Below, piece after piece: positions 19,128 through 28,306 of a stretch of DNA of 64,000 nucleotides. The position numbers and the translations under genes are program-made. The stretch's first letter is position 1; every line of letters starts with the position of its first letter. This DNA comes from Polyangiales bacterium. Its GTDB lineage: Bacteria > Myxococcota_A > Polyangia > Polyangiales > Houyiibacteriaceae. The stretch is from contig JBGCFM010000054.1 in the NCBI GenBank assembly GCA_045106895.1, positions 9,548-73,547 of the forward strand, read 5' to 3'. Below the pieces are notes generated by a model. It searched no databases and was not told the origin of the DNA. It worked only from the letters and a program-made list of their open reading frames with translations.

Positions 19128-20609
19128 GTGTCCCTTGAGCTGCTGACACTCTTTGGGGCTGGGTTTTACGGACTAACGAGCGTCTACTCGACGCTCTTTT
19201 GGCTCCGAAATCGAGATGGGCGCCAACGCGTGTCTTTCGCGGGCGTCTGCCTGGGACTCTGCCTCCTCTCGGTGGCGAACCTGCTCATCCTTAGCTCCGA
19301 ATATGACCGCTTGGGTACGCGGATGGCGCACGTTGCATTGGCTGTGGCGTCCGCGAGTTTCGTCGACTTTATGTCCACGGTGTCGGTTCAGCCCCGCTGG
19401 GTAACTCGGGGTGCGTATGCCTGCTCGTTCGGCGTCTTAGGGCTTCTGGTCGTCGGGCAGATGGTCTCACCGGAACCCGTCAATGCGTTGGTGCGCATCG
19501 GGGCGGGTCCGATGACCGTTCCTTTTGGGACGACGGCGGCAGGAAAACTCGTGAGCGGGACAGCGGCCGTGTTTTCGCTGGTCGCGTGCGGCCTTGCGAT
19601 GCGGCAAGCGCGCGTCCTTCGGCGTCGTGAAGACGGGCGTCTCCGAGAGGCTCAGGTGTTCGCGCTAACGCTGGTTCCAACGACGCTCATCGTGGCCCAC
19701 GACGCCCTGTGCATGCTCGAGGTCGTCGAGTCGAGTCTCTGGATGCCCATCGGGGCGTTGCCGATGTCCTTCACGATTCTCACGATCTTCGTGCGTCGGA
19801 TGATTCGTATCTCCACGAAACTGATGGAGCGCACGGAGGCTCTCCACAAGATGCGCCACGAGCTACGCTCCACGCAGCGACGGCTGGTTCACCGGCAGCA
19901 GCTTGCGGCGGTGGGCGAACTCTCGGCGGTGATCGCCCACGAGGTTCGTAATCCCTTGGCGGTGATCAAGAACGCCGTCGCCGGGCTTCGGCGACAAGCC
20001 TTGCGCGAGGAGGACCGAGCGACGTTGCTCGGGATTCTGGGCGAAGAGACGCAGAGGCTGACGCGGCTCATGCACGACCTTCTTGCGTACGCTCGACCGG
20101 TGACGCCACGCCGGCGCCCCCTTGATGCACGTTCACTGCTGGAGCGGGTCGTGTCCCGAGCTGTCACGGACGAAACAGAGATCCACTACGTGTTGGATGA
20201 AGACCAGACGATCCATGGCGACCCGGAGTTGCTGCGCCACGCATTCGTGAACATCGTTGAGAACGCGGTACAGGCGATGCCCGACGGTGGCGCGCTGAAT
20301 CTGCGGGTTTTGGACGAGACCCTCGACCTGGGTGCTGGAGCCGAGCCTTGTGTCCGCGTCTCCTTTCAAGATACAGGGCACGGCATGGGCCATGACGTCC
20401 TGAGCAAGGCCCCTTCGCCTTTCTACACCACGCGTCCAAGCGGAACGGGCCTCGGCCTCGCGATCGTGGAGCGCGTTCTTCATAGCCACGGTGGGCTGCT
20501 GTCCATCGAGAGCATCGACGGGGTCGGCACATCCGTTCATTGCATTTTGCCTCGCGTTCACCGGCGTTCGTCGGGGCCCGAGGCTCCTTTTCGCGCGAGG
20601 GTGACATGA
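19128..20609 (+). CDS. Membrane sensor histidine kinase (multi-TM N-terminus)
   Basis: H-box AHEVRNPL; N box NIVENAVQAM; DTGHGM; PFYTTR; GTGLGL. Confidence 0.93.
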   Translation: MSLELLTLFGAGFYGLTSVYSTLFWLRNRDGRQRVSFAGVCLGLCLLSVANLLILSSEYDRLGTRMAHVALAVASASFVDFMSTVSVQPRWVTRGAYACSFGVLGLLVVGQMVSPEPVNALVRIGAGPMTVPFGTTAAGKLVSGTAAVFSLVACGLAMRQARVLRRREDGRLREAQVFALTLVPTTLIVAHDALCMLEVVESSLWMPIGALPMSFTILTIFVRRMIRISTKLMERTEALHKMRHELRSTQRRLVHRQQLAAVGELSAVIAHEVRNPLAVIKNAVAGLRRQALREEDRATLLGILGEETQRLTRLMHDLLAYARPVTPRRRPLDARSLLERVVSRAVTDETEIHYVLDEDQTIHGDPELLRHAFVNIVENAVQAMPDGGALNLRVLDETLDLGAGAEPCVRVSFQDTGHGMGHDVLSKAPSPFYTTRPSGTGLGLAIVERVLHSHGGLLSIESIDGVGTSVHCILPRVHRRSSGPEAPFRARVT

Positions 20610-22042
20610 GCGCGAATACCGCACTCGTTTACACCTGGGCGTTCCTGCATTTGGCGGCGGTGCCTCTACTGCTCTTCATCCACCGCCACACGCAGCGCAG
20701 GGAAGAGTTGGTGTTTGCCTGGCTCCATGCCGCCGCCGGCATGTATGCGCTGTTTGGCGGACTCATCGCGAGCGCCCCGACCGCCGCCGCCGGCGAACCC
20801 TTTTTTCGCATGCAGGTCATGGTGGGCATGGTGCTCATTTGCATCTTGCTCAAGTTTGGGCACTTGGCGATGCGCTTGCCGTGGCGAATCCCCGAGTCCA
20901 GCTATGTCTTGGGGCTCATGTTCGCCCTCGTCATCATCGCCACGGGGGTCCTCACGGATCCGGGCGACGCGACATCCACGGCGGTGCACTGGTACGGCGG
21001 TCCCATTCGTTCGTTGCCTCCTACGCCGGCTCTCTTGGTGCTCTCTCTCGTTGGCTTTGGTGTCACAGTCTATTTGGCGCTCACTTTCTTCCAGCACGCA
21101 CAGAGCGTCGAGGCGTGGACGCTCAGCTCTGCGGTTGCCCTGGTGCTTGGTGGGTGGGTGGCGGACCTCGCTCTGCGCACCTTCGAGTACGGAGCGTTCG
21201 TGTCAGACCACACGACGAGCCTCGCGGTTATGGTCCTTGGGTACGTTGTCCTCAATCGTTTCGTGGAGCAGACCCGCGCATTGCGTGCTCGCACCAAGGA
21301 GCTCGACCGGCAGAACAGCGAGTATGAACTGCTTCAGGAGCAGCTCGTTCATCGCGAGCAGCTCGCCACGGTGGGCGAGCTTTCCGCTGTGATCGCGCAG
21401 GAGGTCCGCGCACCCCTCACGGCGATTCGCCACGCCGTCGAGGGACTACGAAGTCCGGAGCTGCCGGCGGAAGAGCGGGACGTGCTGCTCTTGAGCCTGG
21501 ACGGCGAAAACGACCGACTCAATCGTCTCGTGCGGGATCTGCTCGTGTACGCAAAGCCCGTCGAGCCGCAGTTCGAAGCGATGGTCCTTTTTGATGTGCT
21601 CGAAGAGGCCCTCAACAAGCAGGACCTCGACCCACGAGTTCAGGTTCGAATGCAGCTCGAAGCGGCGCCCGACCTGGTGGAAGGTGACCCGCGTCTGTTG
21701 AGCTTGGCGTTTTCTCAGATCGCGAGCAATGCCATCGAAGCTATGCCTGGTGGTGGTGAGCTGACCGTCCGTGGCGAACTCGCGCGCCTTGGTGATGACC
21801 CGGCTTTGGCGATTCGATTCTCCGACACAGGCGAAGGCATGGACACTTTGGTGAGGTCGCGCGCGCGAGACCCGTTCTTCACGACGCGTTCGTCCTCCAC
21901 CGGTCTGGGGCTGGCGATCGTCGAACGACTCGTGGGTCTCCACGGTGGTCAGCTCGAGTTCGCCAACGATGATGTCCATGGAACCACCGTTTCAGTCCTC
22001 TTGCCCGCGCGGCCACGCGCGCGCCTCACGAGCGACGACTAG
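20606..22042 (+). CDS. Paralogous membrane histidine-kinase-like protein lacking the phosphoacceptor His
   Basis: ATGA overlap with the upstream kinase; H-box reads AQEVRAPL; N, G1, F and G2 boxes present (SNAIEAM, DTGEGM, DPFFTTR, STGLGL). Confidence 0.9.
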   Translation: MSANTALVYTWAFLHLAAVPLLLFIHRHTQRREELVFAWLHAAAGMYALFGGLIASAPTAAAGEPFFRMQVMVGMVLICILLKFGHLAMRLPWRIPESSYVLGLMFALVIIATGVLTDPGDATSTAVHWYGGPIRSLPPTPALLVLSLVGFGVTVYLALTFFQHAQSVEAWTLSSAVALVLGGWVADLALRTFEYGAFVSDHTTSLAVMVLGYVVLNRFVEQTRALRARTKELDRQNSEYELLQEQLVHREQLATVGELSAVIAQEVRAPLTAIRHAVEGLRSPELPAEERDVLLLSLDGENDRLNRLVRDLLVYAKPVEPQFEAMVLFDVLEEALNKQDLDPRVQVRMQLEAAPDLVEGDPRLLSLAFSQIASNAIEAMPGGGELTVRGELARLGDDPALAIRFSDTGEGMDTLVRSRARDPFFTTRSSSTGLGLAIVERLVGLHGGQLEFANDDVHGTTVSVLLPARPRARLTSDD

Positions 22043-22063
22043 GCGAATAAGGCCGCTTCCGCG

Positions 22064-25000
22064 CTAGCGCGGAGGGGTGATGACGCGACTCTGGCCGGCG
22101 CGAACAAACACGTAGCGAACGTTCTGAGAGCCTTCGGAATCGAAGGCTAGCTCGTAGCGTCCCTCGGGGAGGGCGACCTGAAGCGGCGGCGAGCCGAGGA
22201 AGCGAGGCGACTCCCCGCCCAAGCGCACACGGACCTCCGTGGCGCCCTCCTGAACGACCAATAAACCCTCGTTGGCTTCGATCTCCGTGCCGGCGGGCAA
22301 CTCCGATTCCGCCCCATACGCGAAGGGAGAGTCCGTCCGCCGAGGCTGAAGTTGCGTCGGTGTCGCTGGCTCGGCCGGCGGTTCCGTAGGCTCCGGTTCA
22401 GCAGGCTCCGGTTCCGTAGGTTCCGCGGGCGACTCCGTTTGAGCGGGCTCTTCGTTGGTGCTCGTCGTGGCGGTTTCGTCCACACCGTCTCGGTTGCGTA
22501 TTGCCCAGCAGCTGCCTGCCCCGATGGTAAAACAGAGGCCGAGGATCAGAAAGAAGCGACTGGGAGGGCGCTCTTCTGCGGCGGGCGCAGGCGGCATCGA
22601 AGAGTGAGCTTTGAGCCGCTCTCGAAGCGCTTCCTCCGACTTCTCTCGGCGAAGACGGGAGCCCGGCTCGGTTTCTGAATCGGAGTCCCAATCGTTCGGG
22701 TCGGATCGGCGCCCTTGATTCTCGTCGTCGTCCAACGCGGACTCCCACGCCGCGAGTTGGGCCGGCGTCATGTCGCTGTCGTCACCCGCCTGGTCGTCGT
22801 CGTCGGTATCCTCGTCGTCGTCGGTATCCTCATCGTCGGTATCGTCGTCGTCGTCGTCGTCGTCGGCGGCGGAGGCCACCTCTCCCTCGTGCTCGTCCCC
22901 TTCGGTGGCGACTTTGTCGTCCGCTCCAGATTCCGCGCCAACGAGGCGTTTCTTGTCCAGGGCCTCCAGCTCTGCTCGGGCGGCGACGATCAGGTCTTCA
23001 CCCCCAGGGCCCCGCAGTTCGACAACGGCACCGCGCTTGCCAAGTATGACGAGCGCTTCACGAATGCCCTCGGTGTCGGCCGCGACCACTCTCGGGGTGA
23101 CTCCCGTTCGAATGCGCCGAACTCCCGCGGCGACATCGCTGGGAAGTTCCGAGAGGAAGGGGGCGAGGAAGTCGTCGTCGAATCGAACGACCTCGACGGC
23201 GTTGAGGCGGTTGGTGCTGAGAACTCGTGCGACGGCACGCAGTTGGGCGCTTGCGCTGTCGAGGGCGTCGCCGCCGTCTCGGACGCTGTTTCGGGAAGGT
23301 CGTGCGTGGCCGGGGTGGATGACGTAGCGGCCGTGGGCGACGCCCAGCATCTGCATCAGCGCAGATTGGCCGCGGCGAAAGCTCCCGTCATCCGCGGTGC
23401 GTGTCACGTCGACAACCTGTCCGCCGCGGATGTCCGCCTCGAAGAGGTTGTGGGAGGCGAGCACGGTCAAGCGGCTATCCGGCTTTGCCTTCGCGACGCT
23501 GCGCAAAATAGGAAAAACACCCAAGCCTTCGACTCGGCCGCCGGCCTCGCGTTGAGCGTCGTCCATGGACGTGAGGCTCTCTTCGAGATGCATATGTGGG
23601 CGGAGCACCTCTTCGACGCGCGAGAGAATGACATGGCTCTCGGTCTCTTTGCGCAGGTAGCCTTTGGCGCCAGCCTTGAGCTCTTTTGCTCGTTCCAGGA
23701 AGTCGTCCTTCCAAGAGATAAGCACGACGGGCAGCTCCGCGAAGGCTGGGTCCTGCGCGAGGGCGCGGCAGAGTCCAAGGCCATCCCGCTTGGGCATGAC
23801 GATGTCGCTGATCACGCCGTCGGGATGATGGGCACGTACGAGAGCGAGCGCCTCTTCGCCGTCCTGTGCTTCGTGAACCGTGGCGCCGGCCTCTTGGAGG
23901 ACGTTCGAAAAGAACCAGAGCGTCGAAGGGTCGTCGTCCGCCACCACAAGCGTGCGCCCTTCGAGAGGGGTCGCCTGTTCGCCGAGAGGCGAAGCGACAT
24001 GACCGGCGCTGGAGTCCATCGAAAGAAACACGGGGCCGCCCGCTTCGCGGTAGCGGACGCGTCCCGCGGACCGTTCGGCGATCTTCGCCCGGACTTCTTC
24101 TACAGCGGTCCAAGTCGCCGCGAGCAGCTCGCTCCCGTCACCGACGCTGAACGCTTCGTCGCTCGAAGCGGCGTCCACAATCCCGCGATGAAGCTCGTCG
24201 GCGAGTCGTGACGCGAGTTGCTCAAGGGTCGTGTCTCCGATGCGCTCCAGGGAAGGGGGGCGCCGCGTCACGGTACCGAGCGCCGCGATGCGGCGAGCGA
24301 GGACGGCATCGTTTCGTTCGATCTGAGTGTCCGCGCCGAGCTCAAGGAGCGTACGCTCACCCATGGCATCGCCGCGCTCGTAGATGACCGCGATAGGAAT
24401 GTCCGCCGTGAGCCTGCCGGAGCGAAGGCGCGTGATGAGCTCTGTCCCGTTCTGGGAAGCTTCTTCGCGTCCGACGAGGATAACGTCCGGGGACCGGCGT
24501 TTGGCGATGCGAAGCGCTTCGCTTGTGGACTCGGCACGCAGGACTTCACAGCGCAAAGGCATGACAGCGCGCTTGACCTGTTCGACGGCGCCGGCACTGT
24601 CGACAACAAGCAACGCCATGACGCCGCGCGACGCCTCCGGCGGAGGAAAGGAAGTGCCTTCGAGCTGGAGTGCCGGAAAACTACGCGAGGTGTCCTTGCG
24701 ACGTCGCGCCGTGTCCTTTCGGCGCGGAGGAAGCGAAGTTGACTTTGGCCCTGTGGGGAGCGGGCCCACCTGAGACTCTGTGCGCTGCCCAAGAGTGGGC
24801 ATGACCGCGATGAGATTGGTTATCGACTCAAGCTCGTCATCGCCGACGTCCCGGGCTTCCTCCTCGGACTGCTCGAGGGCTTCAACGCGTTCGCGCAGCG
24901 CGTCAGCGAGCATGGCTAGGCGAAACACCTGCGCCGAGGAGTGCAGCGAGCGAAGACGCCGGAGCAGTTCTTCGCGTGGACGATCCGCGCCGGGGGCGGC

Positions 25001-25099
25001 GGTCACCAGTGCGAGAGCTCCGCGGAGCTCCCGTGCACGGTCAGGTAAGCCCTCTACGAAGCGATCGCGAGCTTCCCCGAGCGCCGTTCCCTTGGTCAT
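22064..25099 (-). CDS. Multidomain transmembrane response regulator (Hpt-like, pseudo-REC, REC, DUF4388-like, acidic linker, TM, PEGA-like)
   Basis: REC VVADDD...PDGVISDIVMP...YLRK; second REC-like domain with PDVILVG; TM FFLILGLCFTIG; C-terminal LGSPPLQVALPEGRYEL. Confidence 0.8.
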   Translation of the reverse strand: MTKGTALGEARDRFVEGLPDRARELRGALALVTAAPGADRPREELLRRLRSLHSSAQVFRLAMLADALRERVEALEQSEEEARDVGDDELESITNLIAVMPTLGQRTESQVGPLPTGPKSTSLPPRRKDTARRRKDTSRSFPALQLEGTSFPPPEASRGVMALLVVDSAGAVEQVKRAVMPLRCEVLRAESTSEALRIAKRRSPDVILVGREEASQNGTELITRLRSGRLTADIPIAVIYERGDAMGERTLLELGADTQIERNDAVLARRIAALGTVTRRPPSLERIGDTTLEQLASRLADELHRGIVDAASSDEAFSVGDGSELLAATWTAVEEVRAKIAERSAGRVRYREAGGPVFLSMDSSAGHVASPLGEQATPLEGRTLVVADDDPSTLWFFSNVLQEAGATVHEAQDGEEALALVRAHHPDGVISDIVMPKRDGLGLCRALAQDPAFAELPVVLISWKDDFLERAKELKAGAKGYLRKETESHVILSRVEEVLRPHMHLEESLTSMDDAQREAGGRVEGLGVFPILRSVAKAKPDSRLTVLASHNLFEADIRGGQVVDVTRTADDGSFRRGQSALMQMLGVAHGRYVIHPGHARPSRNSVRDGGDALDSASAQLRAVARVLSTNRLNAVEVVRFDDDFLAPFLSELPSDVAAGVRRIRTGVTPRVVAADTEGIREALVILGKRGAVVELRGPGGEDLIVAARAELEALDKKRLVGAESGADDKVATEGDEHEGEVASAADDDDDDDDTDDEDTDDDEDTDDDDQAGDDSDMTPAQLAAWESALDDDENQGRRSDPNDWDSDSETEPGSRLRREKSEEALRERLKAHSSMPPAPAAEERPPSRFFLILGLCFTIGAGSCWAIRNRDGVDETATTSTNEEPAQTESPAEPTEPEPAEPEPTEPPAEPATPTQLQPRRTDSPFAYGAESELPAGTEIEANEGLLVVQEGATEVRVRLGGESPRFLGSPPLQVALPEGRYELAFDSEGSQNVRYVFVRAGQSRVITPPR

Positions 25100-25188
25100 T
25101 CGGCGACTATAGCCGCCCTTTCGGGTGCGGGGACTTCTTTCTTATTCCTCGCTCACGGGTCAGCCCGACGAGGCCCGGCGAGGACGGG

Positions 25189-26643
25189 TCAGTGCCAAGT
25201 GCCGAGGCTCACGCCGTAGTTGATGTAGCGGGCGGCGCCGTCGATGTAGGCTGTCAGGCGCCACTCCACGCCGAGAAAGCGGAAAAGGTGAAGGTCGAAG
25301 CCCGCGGTGCCATGGACGCGGGAACGAACGCCTTCGTAGCGCGCCGGCTCCAAGTAGGAGCCGAAGCGAATCTTGAGATGATTGGGCCAGATCTCCGTCT
25401 CCGCCCCGACGCGTAGGCCAACAGAAATGTCCGCGCCGCGGGTGTGCCGAACCTGCCGCACGAAGGCATCGACGCCTACGCCGTTCTGCATTCGACCAAG
25501 AACGACGAGGTCCGCGCTCAGGAGAAAGAAGCGACGGGGTCGCGACTCATAGATCGCGCGCCACAGGTCGTGGAACTCTTCCTGCCGCCGTTGAGCTTCC
25601 ACGTTCAGCTCCGCGCGTTCGATTTCGCGCCGCCGGTTTTCCGCGGCCCACCACGAAGCGGCCTGGGGCCGCCCTGCGGTGCCACATCGCCCGTTTCCCG
25701 GGAGCGGCACCGCCCCGGTCTCCGCCACACGCTGGGCTCGCTCACGTTCGCACCATCGTCGACGGAGGCGAGCCATGAGTCCACGTCGGACGTTCTTCTC
25801 CCGGAGATGCCGGGGGTTGAAGGGGCGTTCGAACCACTGCCAGGCAAAGCCGCCGCTGAACTCCCAAGGCGTACCGGCGGAGCGCGGAAGCCAGGTGCCC
25901 CCGACCTGAGCGACCTCCTCGCTTGCGACGGTCGCGCTGACGGGGCTGCGAATGGCCGCCCCGACGCGCCAGCGACGCTCCGCCGGGCGAATGATGGCGC
26001 CGATCTCGACGCTGGTGCCCGTGAAACTCACGAGAGGGATCTCGTTCTCGACGAGATCGAAAGCCAGGATGCGAAGGCCGGCGCCGACGACGAGTTGGCC
26101 GTCGAGGAAGGCGTAGCCGGCGCCAAGGCGAGTGGTGGTGACGTCGATGCTCGTGGGGCTGCTTCGTAGACGGTAATTCTGAATGGAAGTAGAGGCGCCA
26201 AAACCCAGGTCGCCCAGTTGCAGACGCCCCGAGAGGTCGACGGCGGAGAAGTCGTCGACGCCGAGAGCGCTCTCGCGGCCGTTCAGAAAGTAGTCCGTGC
26301 GTGCGTAGGCACCTGGGAACTGGAGGCTGAACCCGAGCTCAAATTCCCACCAATCACGCTCCCACGACGTGCGTGCGGCGTACCCCGCGGGGTTGTAGGG
26401 AACGCTATCCACTCCCTCGGCGAGGGCCGTGGAGGCGCCTGCCATCCCGATAATACGGCTGGATCCAAGGGCAGGGGTCGCGATGAGATCGACCTGGAAA
26501 TTGTTGTCGGTGATCGCCTCTTGGGCGGCCGTTGGCCCAGCGATAAGCGTCAAAAGCGCGACAGGTAGCCACCAGAGGCGCCATTGCTGGCGCTCGCCGC
26601 CGCGCTCCCGGCGCGCGCTCCTCTTCGTGGGTACCCCTACCAT
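25189..26643 (-). CDS. Putative outer-membrane beta-barrel protein (FadL/PorV-like)
   Basis: Signal peptide; SSRIIGMAGASTALAEG....YNPAG plug motif; alternating strands; ends GVSLGTWH. Confidence 0.6.
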   Translation of the reverse strand: MVGVPTKRSARRERGGERQQWRLWWLPVALLTLIAGPTAAQEAITDNNFQVDLIATPALGSSRIIGMAGASTALAEGVDSVPYNPAGYAARTSWERDWWEFELGFSLQFPGAYARTDYFLNGRESALGVDDFSAVDLSGRLQLGDLGFGASTSIQNYRLRSSPTSIDVTTTRLGAGYAFLDGQLVVGAGLRILAFDLVENEIPLVSFTGTSVEIGAIIRPAERRWRVGAAIRSPVSATVASEEVAQVGGTWLPRSAGTPWEFSGGFAWQWFERPFNPRHLREKNVRRGLMARLRRRWCERERAQRVAETGAVPLPGNGRCGTAGRPQAASWWAAENRRREIERAELNVEAQRRQEEFHDLWRAIYESRPRRFFLLSADLVVLGRMQNGVGVDAFVRQVRHTRGADISVGLRVGAETEIWPNHLKIRFGSYLEPARYEGVRSRVHGTAGFDLHLFRFLGVEWRLTAYIDGAARYINYGVSLGTWH

Positions 26644-26722
26644 CGAGCCTTGCAGCTTAGACGTGTTCGCCGCCGATGCCAGGTTCCGTGCTAACGCCCG
26701 TCCCTTCTGCTAGGTGCACGCC

Positions 26723-27817
26723 ATGCAGTTCGTCGATGAAGTCACTATCGAAGTGTTTGGTGGCAACGGCGGCAAAGGCTGCATGGCTTTCCGCCGCGAA
26801 AAGTACCGTCCTATGGGCGGTCCCTCCGGTGGGGACGGTGGGGACGGCGGCGACGTCATCCTCCATGCCCACGACCGCTTGGCCACATTGATGGACCTGC
26901 GCTACCGCCGTCGATTCAAAGCCGAAGACGGCGAGGCAGGTCGCGGCAAGGACCAATATGGAGCCAACGGCAAGGACGCCGTGGTGCTCGTTCCGGTTGG
27001 AACCCAGGTCTTCGACGAGGAGACCGGCGACCTCATCGCGGACCTCGACAGCCATGACCAACGAATCGTCATCGCGAAGGGAGGCGAGGGCGGCAATGGC
27101 AATATCAAGTACAGCAGCTCCTTCGACCGCGCACCGCGTCAGGCGGACGACGGCACGCCCGGCGAGACGCTGAAACTTCGCCTCGAGCTGAAGCTCATGG
27201 CGGACGTTGCTCTCGTCGGCTTCCCGAACGTCGGTAAGAGCACGTTCATCGCTAAGGTCTCGCGCGCGACGCCAAAGATCGCGGACTACCCCTTCACGAC
27301 CCTCGTGCCAAACCTGGGCGTCGTCTCTCTCGGTGACGAGCGTAGCTTCGTCGTCGCCGACATCCCCGGGATCATCGAAGGCGCCTCCGAAGGCGCGGGT
27401 CTTGGTCTTCGTTTTTTGCGACATGCCGAACGCAACCGCGTGCTCTTTCACGTCCTCACCGTGGACCACGACCCCGAGCGTTCCCCTCTCGGTGATTTCG
27501 ATCGACTCCTCGTCGAACTCCAGGAGTACAGCCCGCTCCTTGCGGAGCGCCCCATGCTTGTCGGTCTCGCAAAGACAGACTTACCGGAGGTTCGCGAGAT
27601 CGAGGAGGAGCTCCGCGCGGCTCTCAAGGAGCGCGGACACGAGCTGCACTCGTTTAGCGCGGCGACGGGTGAAGGAATCCCCGAAGCGCTGGAGGCGCTC
27701 GAGCGCGCTCTCGAAGCGAATCCCCGAGAAGCCATGCCGAAGCCCGAGGTTCGCCTCCGCGCGGCGGACCGGCCCCATGGCAACGACAAGGGCTACGCAG
27801 AGCGCGAAGAATCCTAA
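26723..27817 (+). CDS. obgE: GTPase ObgE/CgtA
   Basis: MQFVDEV, FRREKY..GGPSGGDGG, GFPNVGKST, YPFTTL, DIPG. Confidence 0.97.
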   Translation: MQFVDEVTIEVFGGNGGKGCMAFRREKYRPMGGPSGGDGGDGGDVILHAHDRLATLMDLRYRRRFKAEDGEAGRGKDQYGANGKDAVVLVPVGTQVFDEETGDLIADLDSHDQRIVIAKGGEGGNGNIKYSSSFDRAPRQADDGTPGETLKLRLELKLMADVALVGFPNVGKSTFIAKVSRATPKIADYPFTTLVPNLGVVSLGDERSFVVADIPGIIEGASEGAGLGLRFLRHAERNRVLFHVLTVDHDPERSPLGDFDRLLVELQEYSPLLAERPMLVGLAKTDLPEVREIEEELRAALKERGHELHSFSAATGEGIPEALEALERALEANPREAMPKPEVRLRAADRPHGNDKGYAEREES

Positions 27818-27886
27818 GCTCCTCTCTCGGAGCGGCGTCCGGCCGCCGAGGTCGACAAGACGTCCGCCGTGGCTATGCTGAGCGCC

Positions 27887-28240
27887 ATGGCACGCAACTC
27901 ACTCATTCTCGGTCTCCTCTCGATCCTCTTTGCAGGACTCGGGATCGTCATGTCTCTTGTGCCGGTCATGGGCGTGCTCTTTCGAATTGCGGCGCCAGCT
28001 CTTGGACTCGTCGGCATCATCATGGGTGGCAAGGCGCTCAAGTCGAGCGGCGACGCAGGCGATAGTAACGGCGGTGCAATGGCGATTGGCGGCCTCGCCA
28101 TGAGCATCCTCGGTTTCCTTGGTGGTCTCATCGTCTTCGTCGCGTGCAGCGCCGGATCATGCGCAGCCGGGGCCGTCGGTGACGCCATCGAGAACGCGCA
28201 GCAGCAGCAGCAGACCCAGCCTGTTGCTCCCGCTCAGTAG
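27887..28240 (+). CDS. Small membrane protein (DUF4190-like)
   Basis: SLILGLLS...LGLVGIIMG...MAIGGL; three hydrophobic segments. Confidence 0.7.
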   Translation: MARNSLILGLLSILFAGLGIVMSLVPVMGVLFRIAAPALGLVGIIMGGKALKSSGDAGDSNGGAMAIGGLAMSILGFLGGLIVFVACSAGSCAAGAVGDAIENAQQQQQTQPVAPAQ

Positions 28241-28284
28241 AGCCCGCTCAGTAGAGCCCGCTCAGCGGCTCCGAACCCGCTCAG
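28229..28284. repeat. 14-bp tandem repeat spanning the stop codon
   Basis: CCCGCTCAGTAGAG x2 followed by two further CCCGCTCAG copies. Confidence 0.8.
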
Positions 28285-28306
28285 AACTGCTGAGATGAAG
28301 TAGCGC

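Noticed and set aside
28229..28284. Short direct repeats as a possible CRISPR array
   Set aside because: The units are 9-14 bp without unique spacers, and no cas genes are present.
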